Origin: Bacilli bacterium
GTDB lineage: Bacteria > Bacillota_I > Bacilli_A > RF39 > UBA660
Reading direction: 5' to 3'
Length of the DNA stretch: 64,000 nucleotides
Assembly (NCBI GenBank): GCA_017511805.1
Contig: JAFWJA010000015.1
Coordinates: 3,098-67,097, forward strand
Position 1 is the first letter of the stretch. Every line of letters starts with the position of its first letter. Shown here piece by piece: positions 9,851 through 18,786 of this stretch. The position numbers were made by a program, and so were the translations under genes. The notes beneath the pieces were generated by a model. It was not told the origin of the DNA. It saw only the letters and a list, made by a program, of their open reading frames with translations, and ran no database searches.

Positions 9851-9859
9851 TGATATAAT
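9851..9859 (+). promoter_or_regulatory. extended -10 element TGATATAAT directly abutting terminator T-tract
   Basis: TGnTATAAT 16 nt upstream of RBS GGTGA / ATG 9875. Confidence 0.4.
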
Positions 9860-9874
9860 TAAATTGGTGATAAT

Positions 9875-10165
9875 ATGGCTACTACAAAAGAATATAAAGA
9901 ATATGTGTTAGAACAGCTAAATATATTAGATGGTATAACATGTAGACCTATGATGGGAGAAAATCTACTTTACTATAATAATCTATTATTTGGTGGAATA
10001 TATGATGATAGATTACTTGTTAAAAAAGTAGATAATAATAAAGAATATAATATGGAAGAATCTATTCCATATGAAGGAGCTAAACCAATGTATTTAGTTG
10101 ATACTGATGATCAAGAATTATTAAAAGATATAGTACTTGATACTGTGAAAGGATTAAAAAAATGA
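9875..10165 (+). CDS. stand-alone TfoX N-terminal domain-like protein
   Basis: 96 aa; pattern ...LLFGGIYDDRL... resembles TfoX/Sxy N-terminal domain; first gene of tightly packed 6-gene operon. Confidence 0.45.
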   Translation: MATTKEYKEYVLEQLNILDGITCRPMMGENLLYYNNLLFGGIYDDRLLVKKVDNNKEYNMEESIPYEGAKPMYLVDTDDQELLKDIVLDTVKGLKK

Positions 10166-10368
10166 GTAAGTATGAACCACTTTGGAAATATGTAGAAAAA
10201 CATAATAAAGATGAATATAAACTATCTTTTGATGAAGTAGAAAAAATAGTAGGGTTTAAATTTGATCATGCTTTTCTTACTTTTAAAAAAGAACTATTAG
10301 ATTATGGTTATGAATTTAAAAACTTATCTTTAAAAGAAAAATGGGTTAAGATTGTTAGGAGAAAGTAA
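10162..10368 (+). CDS. hypothetical small protein (68 aa)
   Basis: ORF translationally coupled (ATGA overlap) to upstream gene; no recognisable motif. Confidence 0.4.
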   Translation: MSKYEPLWKYVEKHNKDEYKLSFDEVEKIVGFKFDHAFLTFKKELLDYGYEFKNLSLKEKWVKIVRRK

Positions 10369-10370
10369 TT

Positions 10371-10973
10371 ATGAATAAGAAATTAGGAATGATTGGATCA
10401 ATTATAAATGCGATTACAGTTTTATTATTCGCAATATTTTTATTAATTGATTTTAAATTTGGGTATTTTTTTGTATGTATATTATTATCAATAAGTTTTA
10501 TAATGATGATTGCTTCACTTGAAAATGAATGTACAGAAAAAAATAAAGTAGCTGGTAAAATTGCACTTATACTTGCGGGTGTTTATTCAACTCTAATTAT
10601 GATTGTATATTTTACTCAATGCACAAGTGTATTAAATGATAATTTAAGTAAAGAAGCATTAAAAGTATTAGATTATAGTAGTATGGGTTTAATGTTTAAC
10701 TTAGATCTACTAGGATATGCTATTATGGCTTTATCTACATTTTTTATAGGTTTAACTATAAATGTTAAGAATAAATATGATAAAATATTAAAGTACTTAT
10801 TACTTATACATGGAGTATTCTTCTTATCATGTTTAATAATGCCTATGACAGGTATATTTGCAAATAGTGATGGAAGTACTTCTATGGGAGGAGTAATGGC
10901 ACTTGAAATTTGGTGTTTATATTTCTTACCAATAAGTATACTTTCATATATACATTTTAAAAATAATAAATAG
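10371..10973 (+). CDS. integral membrane protein (approx 5-6 TM), unknown function
   Basis: Hydrophobic segments throughout; AGGAGAAAG RBS. Confidence 0.5.
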   Translation: MNKKLGMIGSIINAITVLLFAIFLLIDFKFGYFFVCILLSISFIMMIASLENECTEKNKVAGKIALILAGVYSTLIMIVYFTQCTSVLNDNLSKEALKVLDYSSMGLMFNLDLLGYAIMALSTFFIGLTINVKNKYDKILKYLLLIHGVFFLSCLIMPMTGIFANSDGSTSMGGVMALEIWCLYFLPISILSYIHFKNNK

Positions 10974-10987
10974 AGGAGGTTTTGGTT

Positions 10988-11533
10988 ATGACAAACAATA
11001 AATTATTATGGATATGGTATTCAGATATCGATAAGGAAAATAAGACAACAATAAAAGTAGATTATTTAAGTAAAACAGAACTAGGTAGTGAAGAATATAC
11101 TAGTATACAAAATATGTTTAATGATTACATCAAAAATAATTATGATAGTGAAAACGATGATGTTGTTGACGTAGTAGATAGTATAAGATATATTACTAAA
11201 GATTTAAATGAAAGAAGATTAAGAGTATGTATAGAAAAAGATAATTATGGTGAAGAAGTCTTCTTTGAAGAAGGTATGGCATATTCTTGTAACTTTCATA
11301 AAATAGTGTGGGATGATGAAATAAGTGTATCTAGTAGTCATAAAGGGATAGATGTTAAATTTAGAAAGATGAATTTTTATCTTGATAATCCAGAAAAAGT
11401 AGAATTAATTAATAATGAATTAAATACTTTTTATGAAAAGATAATGGCATTAAATAATATGACTAAAGAACAAAAGAAAGATAATTCTTTTAGATTAACT
11501 AATATTCCAAGACATAGTAAAATAAAGGAGTGA
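10988..11533 (+). CDS. hypothetical protein
   Basis: ORF with GAGGAGG RBS 8 nt upstream of ATG 10988 (track start 10982 is TTG). Confidence 0.5.
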   Translation: MTNNKLLWIWYSDIDKENKTTIKVDYLSKTELGSEEYTSIQNMFNDYIKNNYDSENDDVVDVVDSIRYITKDLNERRLRVCIEKDNYGEEVFFEEGMAYSCNFHKIVWDDEISVSSSHKGIDVKFRKMNFYLDNPEKVELINNELNTFYEKIMALNNMTKEQKKDNSFRLTNIPRHSKIKE

Positions 11534-11537
11534 TGTT

Positions 11538-12038
11538 ATGAAGAAAGTATTAATATATTTATTCGCAATAATAGGTTTATTTACAATTGTTGGATGTGGT
11601 TCTAGTAAAAGTAATAAAACAAGTTCTAATGATAAAAAAAGAACATATGAGTCATTACTTGATAATTTTATAGATGGATATACTAAACCTGATATAGAGA
11701 TAGTAAAAAAGATATTTCCACCATATTATATGGAATACGCTAAAAATAGTTTGACACAAGATTATCTTGAAGCTGGTTTATTAGATGATAAAGAATATTT
11801 TGGTGATGATTTTAATATTACATATGAAATAGAAGGTAATGAAAAATTAAGTGAAAGTGATTTAAAAAAAATGAATGATGATATAACTGCATTATTTGAC
11901 ACTAAAGAAGAAGCATCTGAATGTAAGAAGTACTCTGGAAATATTATTTATAAAGGATCTAAGACAGAAGAATCTGTATCTTTATCTTCTTTCTTATATT
12001 GTAAATATGAAAATGATTGGTATATAGTTAGACATTAG
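11538..12038 (+). CDS. lipoprotein, unknown function
   Basis: Signal peptide with lipobox LFTIVGC; AAAGGAGTGA RBS. Confidence 0.6.
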   Translation: MKKVLIYLFAIIGLFTIVGCGSSKSNKTSSNDKKRTYESLLDNFIDGYTKPDIEIVKKIFPPYYMEYAKNSLTQDYLEAGLLDDKEYFGDDFNITYEIEGNEKLSESDLKKMNDDITALFDTKEEASECKKYSGNIIYKGSKTEESVSLSSFLYCKYENDWYIVRH

Positions 12039-12047
12039 GAGGTAATT

Positions 12048-12386
12048 ATGGATAATAAAGAATATTTAGATAAAGAATTATATATTAAAATAGATAGACC
12101 ATTTGGTAGTAAACATCCTAAACATGGTTTTATATATCCTGTTAATTATGGATATGTACCTAATACTGTTAGTGGAGATGGAGAAGAATTAGATGTATAT
12201 CTACTTGGAGTATTTGAACCTGTTGATGATTATACAGGAAAATGTATAGCCATTATTCATAGAACTAATGATAATGATGATAAATTAATAGTTGTACCTT
12301 TAAATAAAACATATTCAGATGATGCGATAGAAGCATTAGTGGAATTTCAAGAAGAACATTTTAAACATGTATTAATAAGAAAATAA
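12048..12386 (+). CDS. truncated inorganic pyrophosphatase (family I)-like protein with degenerate signature
   Basis: YPVNYGYVPNTVSGDGEELDVYLLG aligns to PPase [25 protein letters not shown]; only ~112 aa, N-terminal catalytic residues absent; AGGAGG RBS. Confidence 0.55.
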   Translation: MDNKEYLDKELYIKIDRPFGSKHPKHGFIYPVNYGYVPNTVSGDGEELDVYLLGVFEPVDDYTGKCIAIIHRTNDNDDKLIVVPLNKTYSDDAIEALVEFQEEHFKHVLIRK

Positions 12387-12394
12387 ATGTGTAA

Positions 12395-12423
12395 AGAGAA
12401 TAAAATATTATTCTCTTTTTTTT
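12395..12423 (+). terminator. rho-independent terminator ending the 9.9-12.4 kb operon
   Basis: AGAGAATAA-aata-TTATTCTCT + T8; read through by the artefactual 12387 ORF start. Confidence 0.65.
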
Positions 12424-12464
12424 ATAAAAATGTTAGAATAAATATATATAATAGAGGTGATATA

Positions 12465-14519
12465 ATGTTTTGTAATAATTGTGGAAAAGAAGTTTCTAAT
12501 ACTAATTTTTGCCCATTTTGTGGACATCCAGTAGAAATGGCTACACAACCTACTAATGTAGAACAACATAAATATGTTATTCCAGTTGGAGAGCCAACAC
12601 CTGTCGTTCCTAAGAAAAAGAAAGATAAGAAAGGAATAATACTTATTAGTTTACTATCTCTTATTGTAGTATTATTAGGTATTGTTGCATTCTTTATTCT
12701 AACTGGAAATAAAAATGGTAAGAGAACAATTATGATGTACTTAGATGGTACTGATTTGGAATCAAAAAATGAAATAATTACTGCTGAATTAGCAGCTATT
12801 GATCCAAGTAAAATAGATTTAGATAATGTAACAATACTAGCTTATACAGGTGGTACAGAAGAGTGGCATAATGATTATATAAGTAATACTGAAAATGCTA
12901 TATTTAAATTAACAAAGAATGGATTTGAAAAAATAGAAACTTATCCTCAATTAAGCATGGGTGATCCTAAAACCTTATCTGATTTTTTAACATATGGTTA
13001 TAATAATTATCCAGCTAGTAGATATAATTTATTACTATATGATCATGGTGGAGCAATAGATGGTGCGATATATGATGATTTTTCAGGAGATAATATTCAA
13101 CTTGATGAATTTACAAAAGCTTTAGAATCTAGTCCTTTTAATAGCGGTAATAAACTTGATAGTGTTATTTTTAGAACTTGTTTAAATGGTACTTTAGAAG
13201 TTGCTGGATTATTTGAAGATTATGCAGATTATATAGCATTCTCAGAAGAAGTATCATATGGTTCTAAATATTCAAATGTATTAAGTTTCTTAAATGGAAT
13301 AGAAACATCTGATGATGGATATTTATTTGCTAAAAAGTTTGTTGATCAATATCAAAAACAAATGGAAGAATTGGATCCACTTGGATCAAAAGGAGTAACA
13401 TACTCAATTGTAGATTTATCTGAAGTAGGTTCAATTATAGATAAATTTAATAATTTTATAGACGGAATAGATCTTAAAACAAATTATAGTAATATATCAA
13501 GAGTAAGAGCTAATCTATATCAATATGCTAGTTCACAATATAAAGATTATGATACAATTGATTTATATTCATTTATAGAAGGTATAAAGAGTTATTCATC
13601 TGTTGATTCAACATCTTTACTAGAATCATTAAGAGATGCGGTTGTATATAACTATACTAATATGACTAATTCAAATGGAGTATCAATTTATTTCCCATAT
13701 AACGGAAAATCTAGAAGTAAAACTAGGTTTTTAGATGTTTATAAAAAATTAAACTTTTTAGATGATTATAGATCTTTGATTACAAGTTTTGTTTCTATGC
13801 AAACTGGATCAAAACCATTTGCCTATAATTTTGCTGCAAATGAAACTACAATTGAGGATGATGGTAGAGAAGTTACATTAAAATTAACAGAAGATGAATT
13901 AGCTAATTATTCAACAGCTAACTATATAGTATTTGAAAGAAGTCAAGAGCATCCAAATTATTATATGCCTATATATAAATCAAATGATGTTACTTTAACA
14001 GGAGATACATTAAAAACTACTATAGGTAATAATTTAATTACTATGTATAATGATTCAGATGGTCAAAGACATATTATACCTATAATGTATAATAAATCAG
14101 ATGGTGTAGATACATTTGAAACACCATTCGCAATTATTTATGATAAGAGTAAAAGTATAATGGATGTAGGATTTAGTTATAATGTAACTGCATATTTTAA
14201 AATAGATGGAGATAAAGCTAATTTCACTAGTGCTGTTGTATCAAATGATACAGATGAAAGATTAGCGGGTGTATTACTAGATATAAGTCAATTTAATTCA
14301 TTAGAAATATGGACACCAATATATAAAATATTAGATGATAATGGAAATTATACAACTGAATGGGAAAGTGCTCCTGAATTAACTGGATATGGTTCTACTA
14401 TAGATACTTTAGATTTACAAACATCTTCATTACAAAGTGGAGAATATTATGTAGTATTTAATATAGTAGATATAAATAATAATTCTTATTCTTCAAACTT
14501 AATAAAGGTTGGTGATTAA
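12465..14519 (+). CDS. membrane-anchored clostripain-like (peptidase C11) cysteine protease with N-terminal cytoplasmic zinc ribbon
   Basis: N-term CNNCGKEVSNTNFCPFCG zinc ribbon, one TM (ILISLLSLIVVLLGIVAFFIL), ectodomain with LYDHGGA (His-Gly) and FRTCLNG (Cys) motifs characteristic of C11 family; true start at ATG 12465 downstream of terminator. Confidence 0.7.
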   Translation: MFCNNCGKEVSNTNFCPFCGHPVEMATQPTNVEQHKYVIPVGEPTPVVPKKKKDKKGIILISLLSLIVVLLGIVAFFILTGNKNGKRTIMMYLDGTDLESKNEIITAELAAIDPSKIDLDNVTILAYTGGTEEWHNDYISNTENAIFKLTKNGFEKIETYPQLSMGDPKTLSDFLTYGYNNYPASRYNLLLYDHGGAIDGAIYDDFSGDNIQLDEFTKALESSPFNSGNKLDSVIFRTCLNGTLEVAGLFEDYADYIAFSEEVSYGSKYSNVLSFLNGIETSDDGYLFAKKFVDQYQKQMEELDPLGSKGVTYSIVDLSEVGSIIDKFNNFIDGIDLKTNYSNISRVRANLYQYASSQYKDYDTIDLYSFIEGIKSYSSVDSTSLLESLRDAVVYNYTNMTNSNGVSIYFPYNGKSRSKTRFLDVYKKLNFLDDYRSLITSFVSMQTGSKPFAYNFAANETTIEDDGREVTLKLTEDELANYSTANYIVFERSQEHPNYYMPIYKSNDVTLTGDTLKTTIGNNLITMYNDSDGQRHIIPIMYNKSDGVDTFETPFAIIYDKSKSIMDVGFSYNVTAYFKIDGDKANFTSAVVSNDTDERLAGVLLDISQFNSLEIWTPIYKILDDNGNYTTEWESAPELTGYGSTIDTLDLQTSSLQSGEYYVVFNIVDINNNSYSSNLIKVGD

Positions 14520-14520
14520 A

Positions 14521-15402
14521 ATGAGATGTAAAAATTGTAATTTTGAATATGATAAAAAAGCAGAATTTTGTCCTAATTGCGGATTAAAAAAAGAAAAAAA
14601 AGATTCTAAAAAAATAATAACTATTTCTGTATTATTAACTGCTTTAATAGCACTATTAGTTGTAACTATAATTTTAGTTATTTCTAATCCAAAATCGAAT
14701 AATAATAGTCAAAAAGGTAATGATACATCTACTTTAGATAAAAAAACAAAATCTACTAAAAAGAAAAATGAAATAGGTGGATATGAATACTATGAAATGG
14801 ATATAGATGTAGATAATCTAAAAATTGTCTATGATGGAGATTTAGGTCAAAATATAAAAGTAGACAAAGTAATATATGATAAAAATGGATTACATGTATT
14901 ATTAACTAATAATAATACAATAGCAGTATCTCCAAGTGTAGATTTATATTTCTTAGATGCTGATGGTAAAAGAGTAGATAAAGGATATGGTTCTTCATCT
15001 AATGTAGCTCCAGGTAAGAAATTTGCTACTGATGTAGTATCAACTTCAAAAAAAGAATTTTATGATTATGAGTTGCATGTTTCAGCAAAAAAGATTAAGT
15101 CATATGAACATATGATGGATATAGATTCATCTAGTATTAATGTTACTGAAACAGATAATTCTCTTTTAATAAAATATGCAAATAATTTTGATAAAGAAGT
15201 TAATTTATATATTACAGTTATTTATTATAAAAATAATCAAGTACATTTCTACGATGATTTATACATATATGTAAAACCAGGTACTGAAGAATCAATTAAT
15301 TCATATTATTTATATTTACCAGCAGGTGATTTAAATACAAAAGATTATGATAGATATGAATTAGTAGTTTCTGGTGCTAAATATAATGATAGTACATATT
15401 AA
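14521..15402 (+). CDS. membrane-anchored protein with N-terminal zinc ribbon (CxxC...CxxC), single TM and ~230 aa ectodomain of unknown function
   Basis: MRCKNCNFEYDKKAEFCPNCG then TM ITISVLLTALIALLVVTIILVI; GGTGA RBS 6 nt upstream of ATG 14521 (track start 14509 is TTG); same domain architecture as upstream gene. Confidence 0.55.
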   Translation: MRCKNCNFEYDKKAEFCPNCGLKKEKKDSKKIITISVLLTALIALLVVTIILVISNPKSNNNSQKGNDTSTLDKKTKSTKKKNEIGGYEYYEMDIDVDNLKIVYDGDLGQNIKVDKVIYDKNGLHVLLTNNNTIAVSPSVDLYFLDADGKRVDKGYGSSSNVAPGKKFATDVVSTSKKEFYDYELHVSAKKIKSYEHMMDIDSSSINVTETDNSLLIKYANNFDKEVNLYITVIYYKNNQVHFYDDLYIYVKPGTEESINSYYLYLPAGDLNTKDYDRYELVVSGAKYNDSTY

Positions 15403-15426
15403 GAAGCATAATATATGCTTCTTTTT
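15401..15426 (+). terminator. rho-independent terminator
   Basis: AAGAAGCATA-ata-TATGCTTCTT + T5. Confidence 0.65.
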
Positions 15427-15486
15427 ATCTTGCATTTTTTTAATTCACATTATATAATAAGCAGTATTCGAAAAGGGTGAGTTATT

Positions 15487-17250
15487 ATGATAAAAAGAAA
15501 CCTATCGTTAGCGGTAATTTTTGATTCATATAATGATATGTATGACTTTGATACAGTTGCTCTTGTATCTTATAATCCTGAATATGATGAGTTTGATATT
15601 ATTTCAGGTAAGTACTCAGGTCTATCTACAAGTGAATTTAATATTTTAATTTCAAACGGACCTATATTTGAAGAAAAAAGCGAGATTAATTTTATAGAAG
15701 AAGATAAATCTTTAAAGAATATGTATATATTTGATCATGAAAAGTTTTTAAACTTAGTAAAAGATAATGATGATTCAATTAAGAAAACATTAGTTGAAAC
15801 TGCTAAGAAATTAAAGAACTTTACTTTACATATTAATAGAGATTTATCAATATATACTAAAATAGATGAAGATAGTGAAAGAAGAATTAATAAAGAAGAA
15901 TTATTCTCTAATTGTGATTTTGATGATTTATTTGTTGAAGATGAAGAAGAAAATAGTATTGATTTTGGACCTGCAGAATTAGGTATTATTTTTAGAGCAA
16001 TAGCGGATGCATTAGAGAATTCTAATGAGGAAGAAAATGAAGAACAAGAATTACCTGAAGCAGAGATTAAGTTTATTCCACTAGATTTTTCTTCAACTGT
16101 TCATGATATGGATATACAAAGACTAATGTTAGATAAAAAAATAAAAGATTTACAAAAGGATAAAAAAGTATTAGAAAAAGTTAAGAGTAAAAAGAAAGAA
16201 TCTGATTCATTTAAAGATGTAAATAAAATGATAGAAATTATCAGTAAAAAAATAGTTGGTCAAGGTGACGCTATTAAGACACTTGTATCTAATATAATAT
16301 TTAATCAAGTATTAATAGATGATGTTATTGAAAAAGATGGTAATAATCCATCTAGATTAGATAGTAGTAAAGTAACTATATTATTAGATGGAGAAACGGG
16401 TACAGGTAAAACTGCTATTGAAAAAGAAATAGCTAGATTAATGGATTTACCTATTGTTATAACTAGTGCTAATAGTTTTTCTGAAACTGGTTATGTAGGA
16501 CCAACTATTACAGATATACTTAATAATTTGTTAGAACAAGCAAATGGTAATATAAAAAGAGCAGAAAGAGGTATTGTAGTTCTTGATGAAATAGATAAAG
16601 TTGCTATAAAAGATAATGTTTATGGTAAAGATATGGATAGAGGAGTACAAGAAGAATTATTATCATTTATTGGTGGTGGAGTATATGATGTTAAAGATGG
16701 ACAATTATTCTCTAAAGCTACTAAATTTGATACAAGTAAACTCACTTTTATATTAAGTGGAGCATTTACTGATTTACGAGAAGATAAAATAAAAGAAGAA
16801 GAAAAGAAATATAAACCAATGGGATTTAATACTTTAAGTGAAGTTAATAGTAGAACTTATACTGTAACACCAGATGATTATATTAAATTTGGTTTAATGA
16901 GAGAATTCTTTGGTAGAATTAAAGTATTAACTAGTACTAAATCATATAAGCTAGAAGACCTTAAAACTATATTATTAACATCTGAAATTAGTCCATTAAA
17001 GAATTTTGAAAATACAGTTAAGATGTTTGGATATAAAGGTATTACTTTTAATGACGAATTTGTAGAAAAGTTAGCAACTGAAGCTCTTTCTATGGGAACA
17101 GGAGCTAGATCATTACAAACAATTATGTCTGGTATTCAAAATAAGATGTTAATTGGTTTAATTAATCAAGAATATGATTTAGATAAAGAAATAGAATTAA
17201 CACCTAATTTAATTAATGAATATAAGAAGACTAATATAAGGGAATATTAA
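15487..17250 (+). CDS. ClpX-family AAA+ unfoldase paralogue lacking the zinc-binding N-domain, with novel acidic ~250 aa N-terminal region
   Basis: C-terminal ~330 aa align to ClpX: Walker A GETGTGKT, pore-1 loop SETGYVGP, Walker B GIVVLDEIDK, KPMGFNT at the IGF-loop position, sensor-2 GTGARSLQ; N-terminal region D/E-rich without Cys4 motif. Confidence 0.75.
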   Translation: MIKRNLSLAVIFDSYNDMYDFDTVALVSYNPEYDEFDIISGKYSGLSTSEFNILISNGPIFEEKSEINFIEEDKSLKNMYIFDHEKFLNLVKDNDDSIKKTLVETAKKLKNFTLHINRDLSIYTKIDEDSERRINKEELFSNCDFDDLFVEDEEENSIDFGPAELGIIFRAIADALENSNEEENEEQELPEAEIKFIPLDFSSTVHDMDIQRLMLDKKIKDLQKDKKVLEKVKSKKKESDSFKDVNKMIEIISKKIVGQGDAIKTLVSNIIFNQVLIDDVIEKDGNNPSRLDSSKVTILLDGETGTGKTAIEKEIARLMDLPIVITSANSFSETGYVGPTITDILNNLLEQANGNIKRAERGIVVLDEIDKVAIKDNVYGKDMDRGVQEELLSFIGGGVYDVKDGQLFSKATKFDTSKLTFILSGAFTDLREDKIKEEEKKYKPMGFNTLSEVNSRTYTVTPDDYIKFGLMREFFGRIKVLTSTKSYKLEDLKTILLTSEISPLKNFENTVKMFGYKGITFNDEFVEKLATEALSMGTGARSLQTIMSGIQNKMLIGLINQEYDLDKEIELTPNLINEYKKTNIREY

Positions 17251-17251
17251 T

Positions 17252-17590
17252 ATGAATTATGATTATAATGCAAATCTTTCTTATGAAGAAAGAATAGGTC
17301 TTATTACTAGAGATATTATGAAAGAATATCCTATAAATAAAGAATTAGCTATGAAAATAGCTACTATTGAAGAACCTATAGATACTGATAATAAAGAAGA
17401 TGCTATGTATAAAAGATTATCTAATATATTATTCTTTGTCCAAAATGATAAAGTAATTAAGAATATGGTTATAGAAGATATGTTAGATAATTATAAAAGT
17501 ATTAAAGGTAAATATGAAAAAATAGATCAATATATTAATGATTTATTAGTATATATAAAATATGATACTAATTTACCTGAATATAAATAA
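17252..17590 (+). CDS. hypothetical 112 aa protein, translationally coupled to ClpX paralogue
   Basis: Start 2 nt after upstream stop; AAGGGAA RBS; no recognisable motif. Confidence 0.45.
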   Translation: MNYDYNANLSYEERIGLITRDIMKEYPINKELAMKIATIEEPIDTDNKEDAMYKRLSNILFFVQNDKVIKNMVIEDMLDNYKSIKGKYEKIDQYINDLLVYIKYDTNLPEYK

Positions 17591-17616
17591 TGTGTTATAA
17601 TTAAGATGGTGATAGT

Positions 17617-18105
17617 ATGAAGAAAAGAATATTAATTTTATTAATTTTATTTACAGTTATTATAACAGGTTGTGGTTATGAAGAACCTGAAGTAAAGGTA
17701 GAAAAACTAACTGATAAAGCTACAAGAGTATCAGTAGATTTTAATGATCAAAAGTTACCTGAATCTACTAAATTAGCAGTAACTGAAGTTGCTACTGATT
17801 ATAGTGGTTTATCTAGTGAAATACAAAAATCTATTGCTTATGATATATCTTTAAAAGCAGATTCAGATGTGAAGTTAAAAGACGAAGTAACAGTATATTT
17901 AAATATACCAGTAGATTTTAATAGAAGATTTTTAGCAGTCTATTTAGTTGATAATAATAAAATTAAAAAGAAATATGAAGTACAAATATCAAAAGATGTT
18001 TTAACTTTTAGTACAAAAGAATTAGGAATATTTGTTTTAGCGGAAGTAACAGAAGAACAAATAAAAAGAACTGAAGTTCCTAAAATAAATAGTGAAGAAG
18101 AGTAA
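17617..18105 (+). CDS. lipoprotein, unknown function
   Basis: Signal peptide with lipobox IITGC; GATGGTGA RBS. Confidence 0.55.
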   Translation: MKKRILILLILFTVIITGCGYEEPEVKVEKLTDKATRVSVDFNDQKLPESTKLAVTEVATDYSGLSSEIQKSIAYDISLKADSDVKLKDEVTVYLNIPVDFNRRFLAVYLVDNNKIKKKYEVQISKDVLTFSTKELGIFVLAEVTEEQIKRTEVPKINSEEE

Positions 18106-18125
18106 ACATTATGTTTACTTTTTTT
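18101..18125 (+). terminator. probable rho-independent terminator
   Basis: GTAAAC-attat-GTTTAC + T7 overlapping stop of lipoprotein gene. Confidence 0.45.
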
Positions 18126-18135
18126 AATTAGTTAT

Positions 18136-18165
18136 TGAAAAATAATAAAAACTATATTATAATCA
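18136..18165 (+). promoter_or_regulatory. sigma-A type promoter of leuS leader (TTGAAA -17/18- TATAAT)
   Basis: TTGAAA at 18136-41, TATAAT at 18160-65. Confidence 0.5.
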
Positions 18166-18169
18166 ATAT

Positions 18170-18366
18170 TGTTTAGTGATGAAGAAAAGTAGTAGTAAAA
18201 AAGTATTATAAAGAGAGTTAACGATTGGTGTGAGTTAATTAATATATTTTTATGAACTTGTTTTGGAACTAAAAACGTGTAATTACGATATAAATAAAGT
18301 GCATAGATTCCTATGAAGTAAGGTGGTACCGCTAGATATAGTCCTTACATTATAGGAATTTTTTTG
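18170..18366 (+). promoter_or_regulatory. T-box riboswitch leader (tRNA-Leu responsive) with intrinsic terminator
   Basis: Conserved T-box sequence AAGTAAGGTGGTACCGCTAG (core 18323-18333); terminator arms ATTCCTATGAAGTAAGG / CCTTACATTATAGGAAT + T6 (18308-18366), 5' arm overlapping T-box as expected for antiterminator competition; AGAGA/GGTG stem-I elements ~18213-18235; located upstream of leuS. Confidence 0.75.
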
Positions 18367-18385
18367 TTTAAAAAGGAGGATAATA

Positions 18386-18786
18386 TGGATGCATTAAAAT
18401 ATGTGGGGCTTTTTGTTATTTTTTATATAGTAATATACCTGGTATATTATTGGTTTCAGGTTAGACCTTTTATAACTGCAGCTAGAAAAAAGAAAAAAGG
18501 TAAGACTGTTAAAAAGGAAAAAGATATACCACCAGAAATTAAATTCTTAAAAGGGTATTATAAAGTAGATGTTGATAAAATAGGTTTGATTAGAACACTA
18601 AAAATATTAAATATAGTTAATGCATTTTTCTTAACTATATTAGTTATGATTGTTCTACCTTTTAAAGAAGCTTGGTTAAAAATAATATTATTATTTGTAT
18701 TAATATTTCCTGCAATATGGTTTGTATATTATTTTGTAGCAAAGTATTTAAAATATTTAGAAAGAAAGAGTGATAAAAATGTATAA
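18386..18786 (+). CDS. small integral membrane protein (approx 3 TM) co-transcribed with leuS
   Basis: AGGAGG RBS 6 nt upstream of ATG 18386; track start 18364 is a TTG inside the T-box terminator U-tract and is rejected. Confidence 0.5.

Noticed and set aside
12387-12464. ORF-track N-terminal extension MCKENKILFSFFYKNVRINIYNRGDI of the C11 protease gene, and similar TTG/GTG-initiated extensions at 363, 4839, 10982, 14509, 18364, 18770, 38526, 42457, 51679, 53356, 54116, 56738, 57168, 60179
   Set aside because: Extensions run through terminator hairpins or RBS sequences; ATG with proper SD spacing found just downstream in each case.
12465-15402. Zinc-ribbon + TM proteins as anti-sigma factors
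   Set aside because: No ECF sigma factor gene adjacent; zinc ribbon is CxxC..CxxC double-ribbon type, not the HxxxCxxC ZAS motif.
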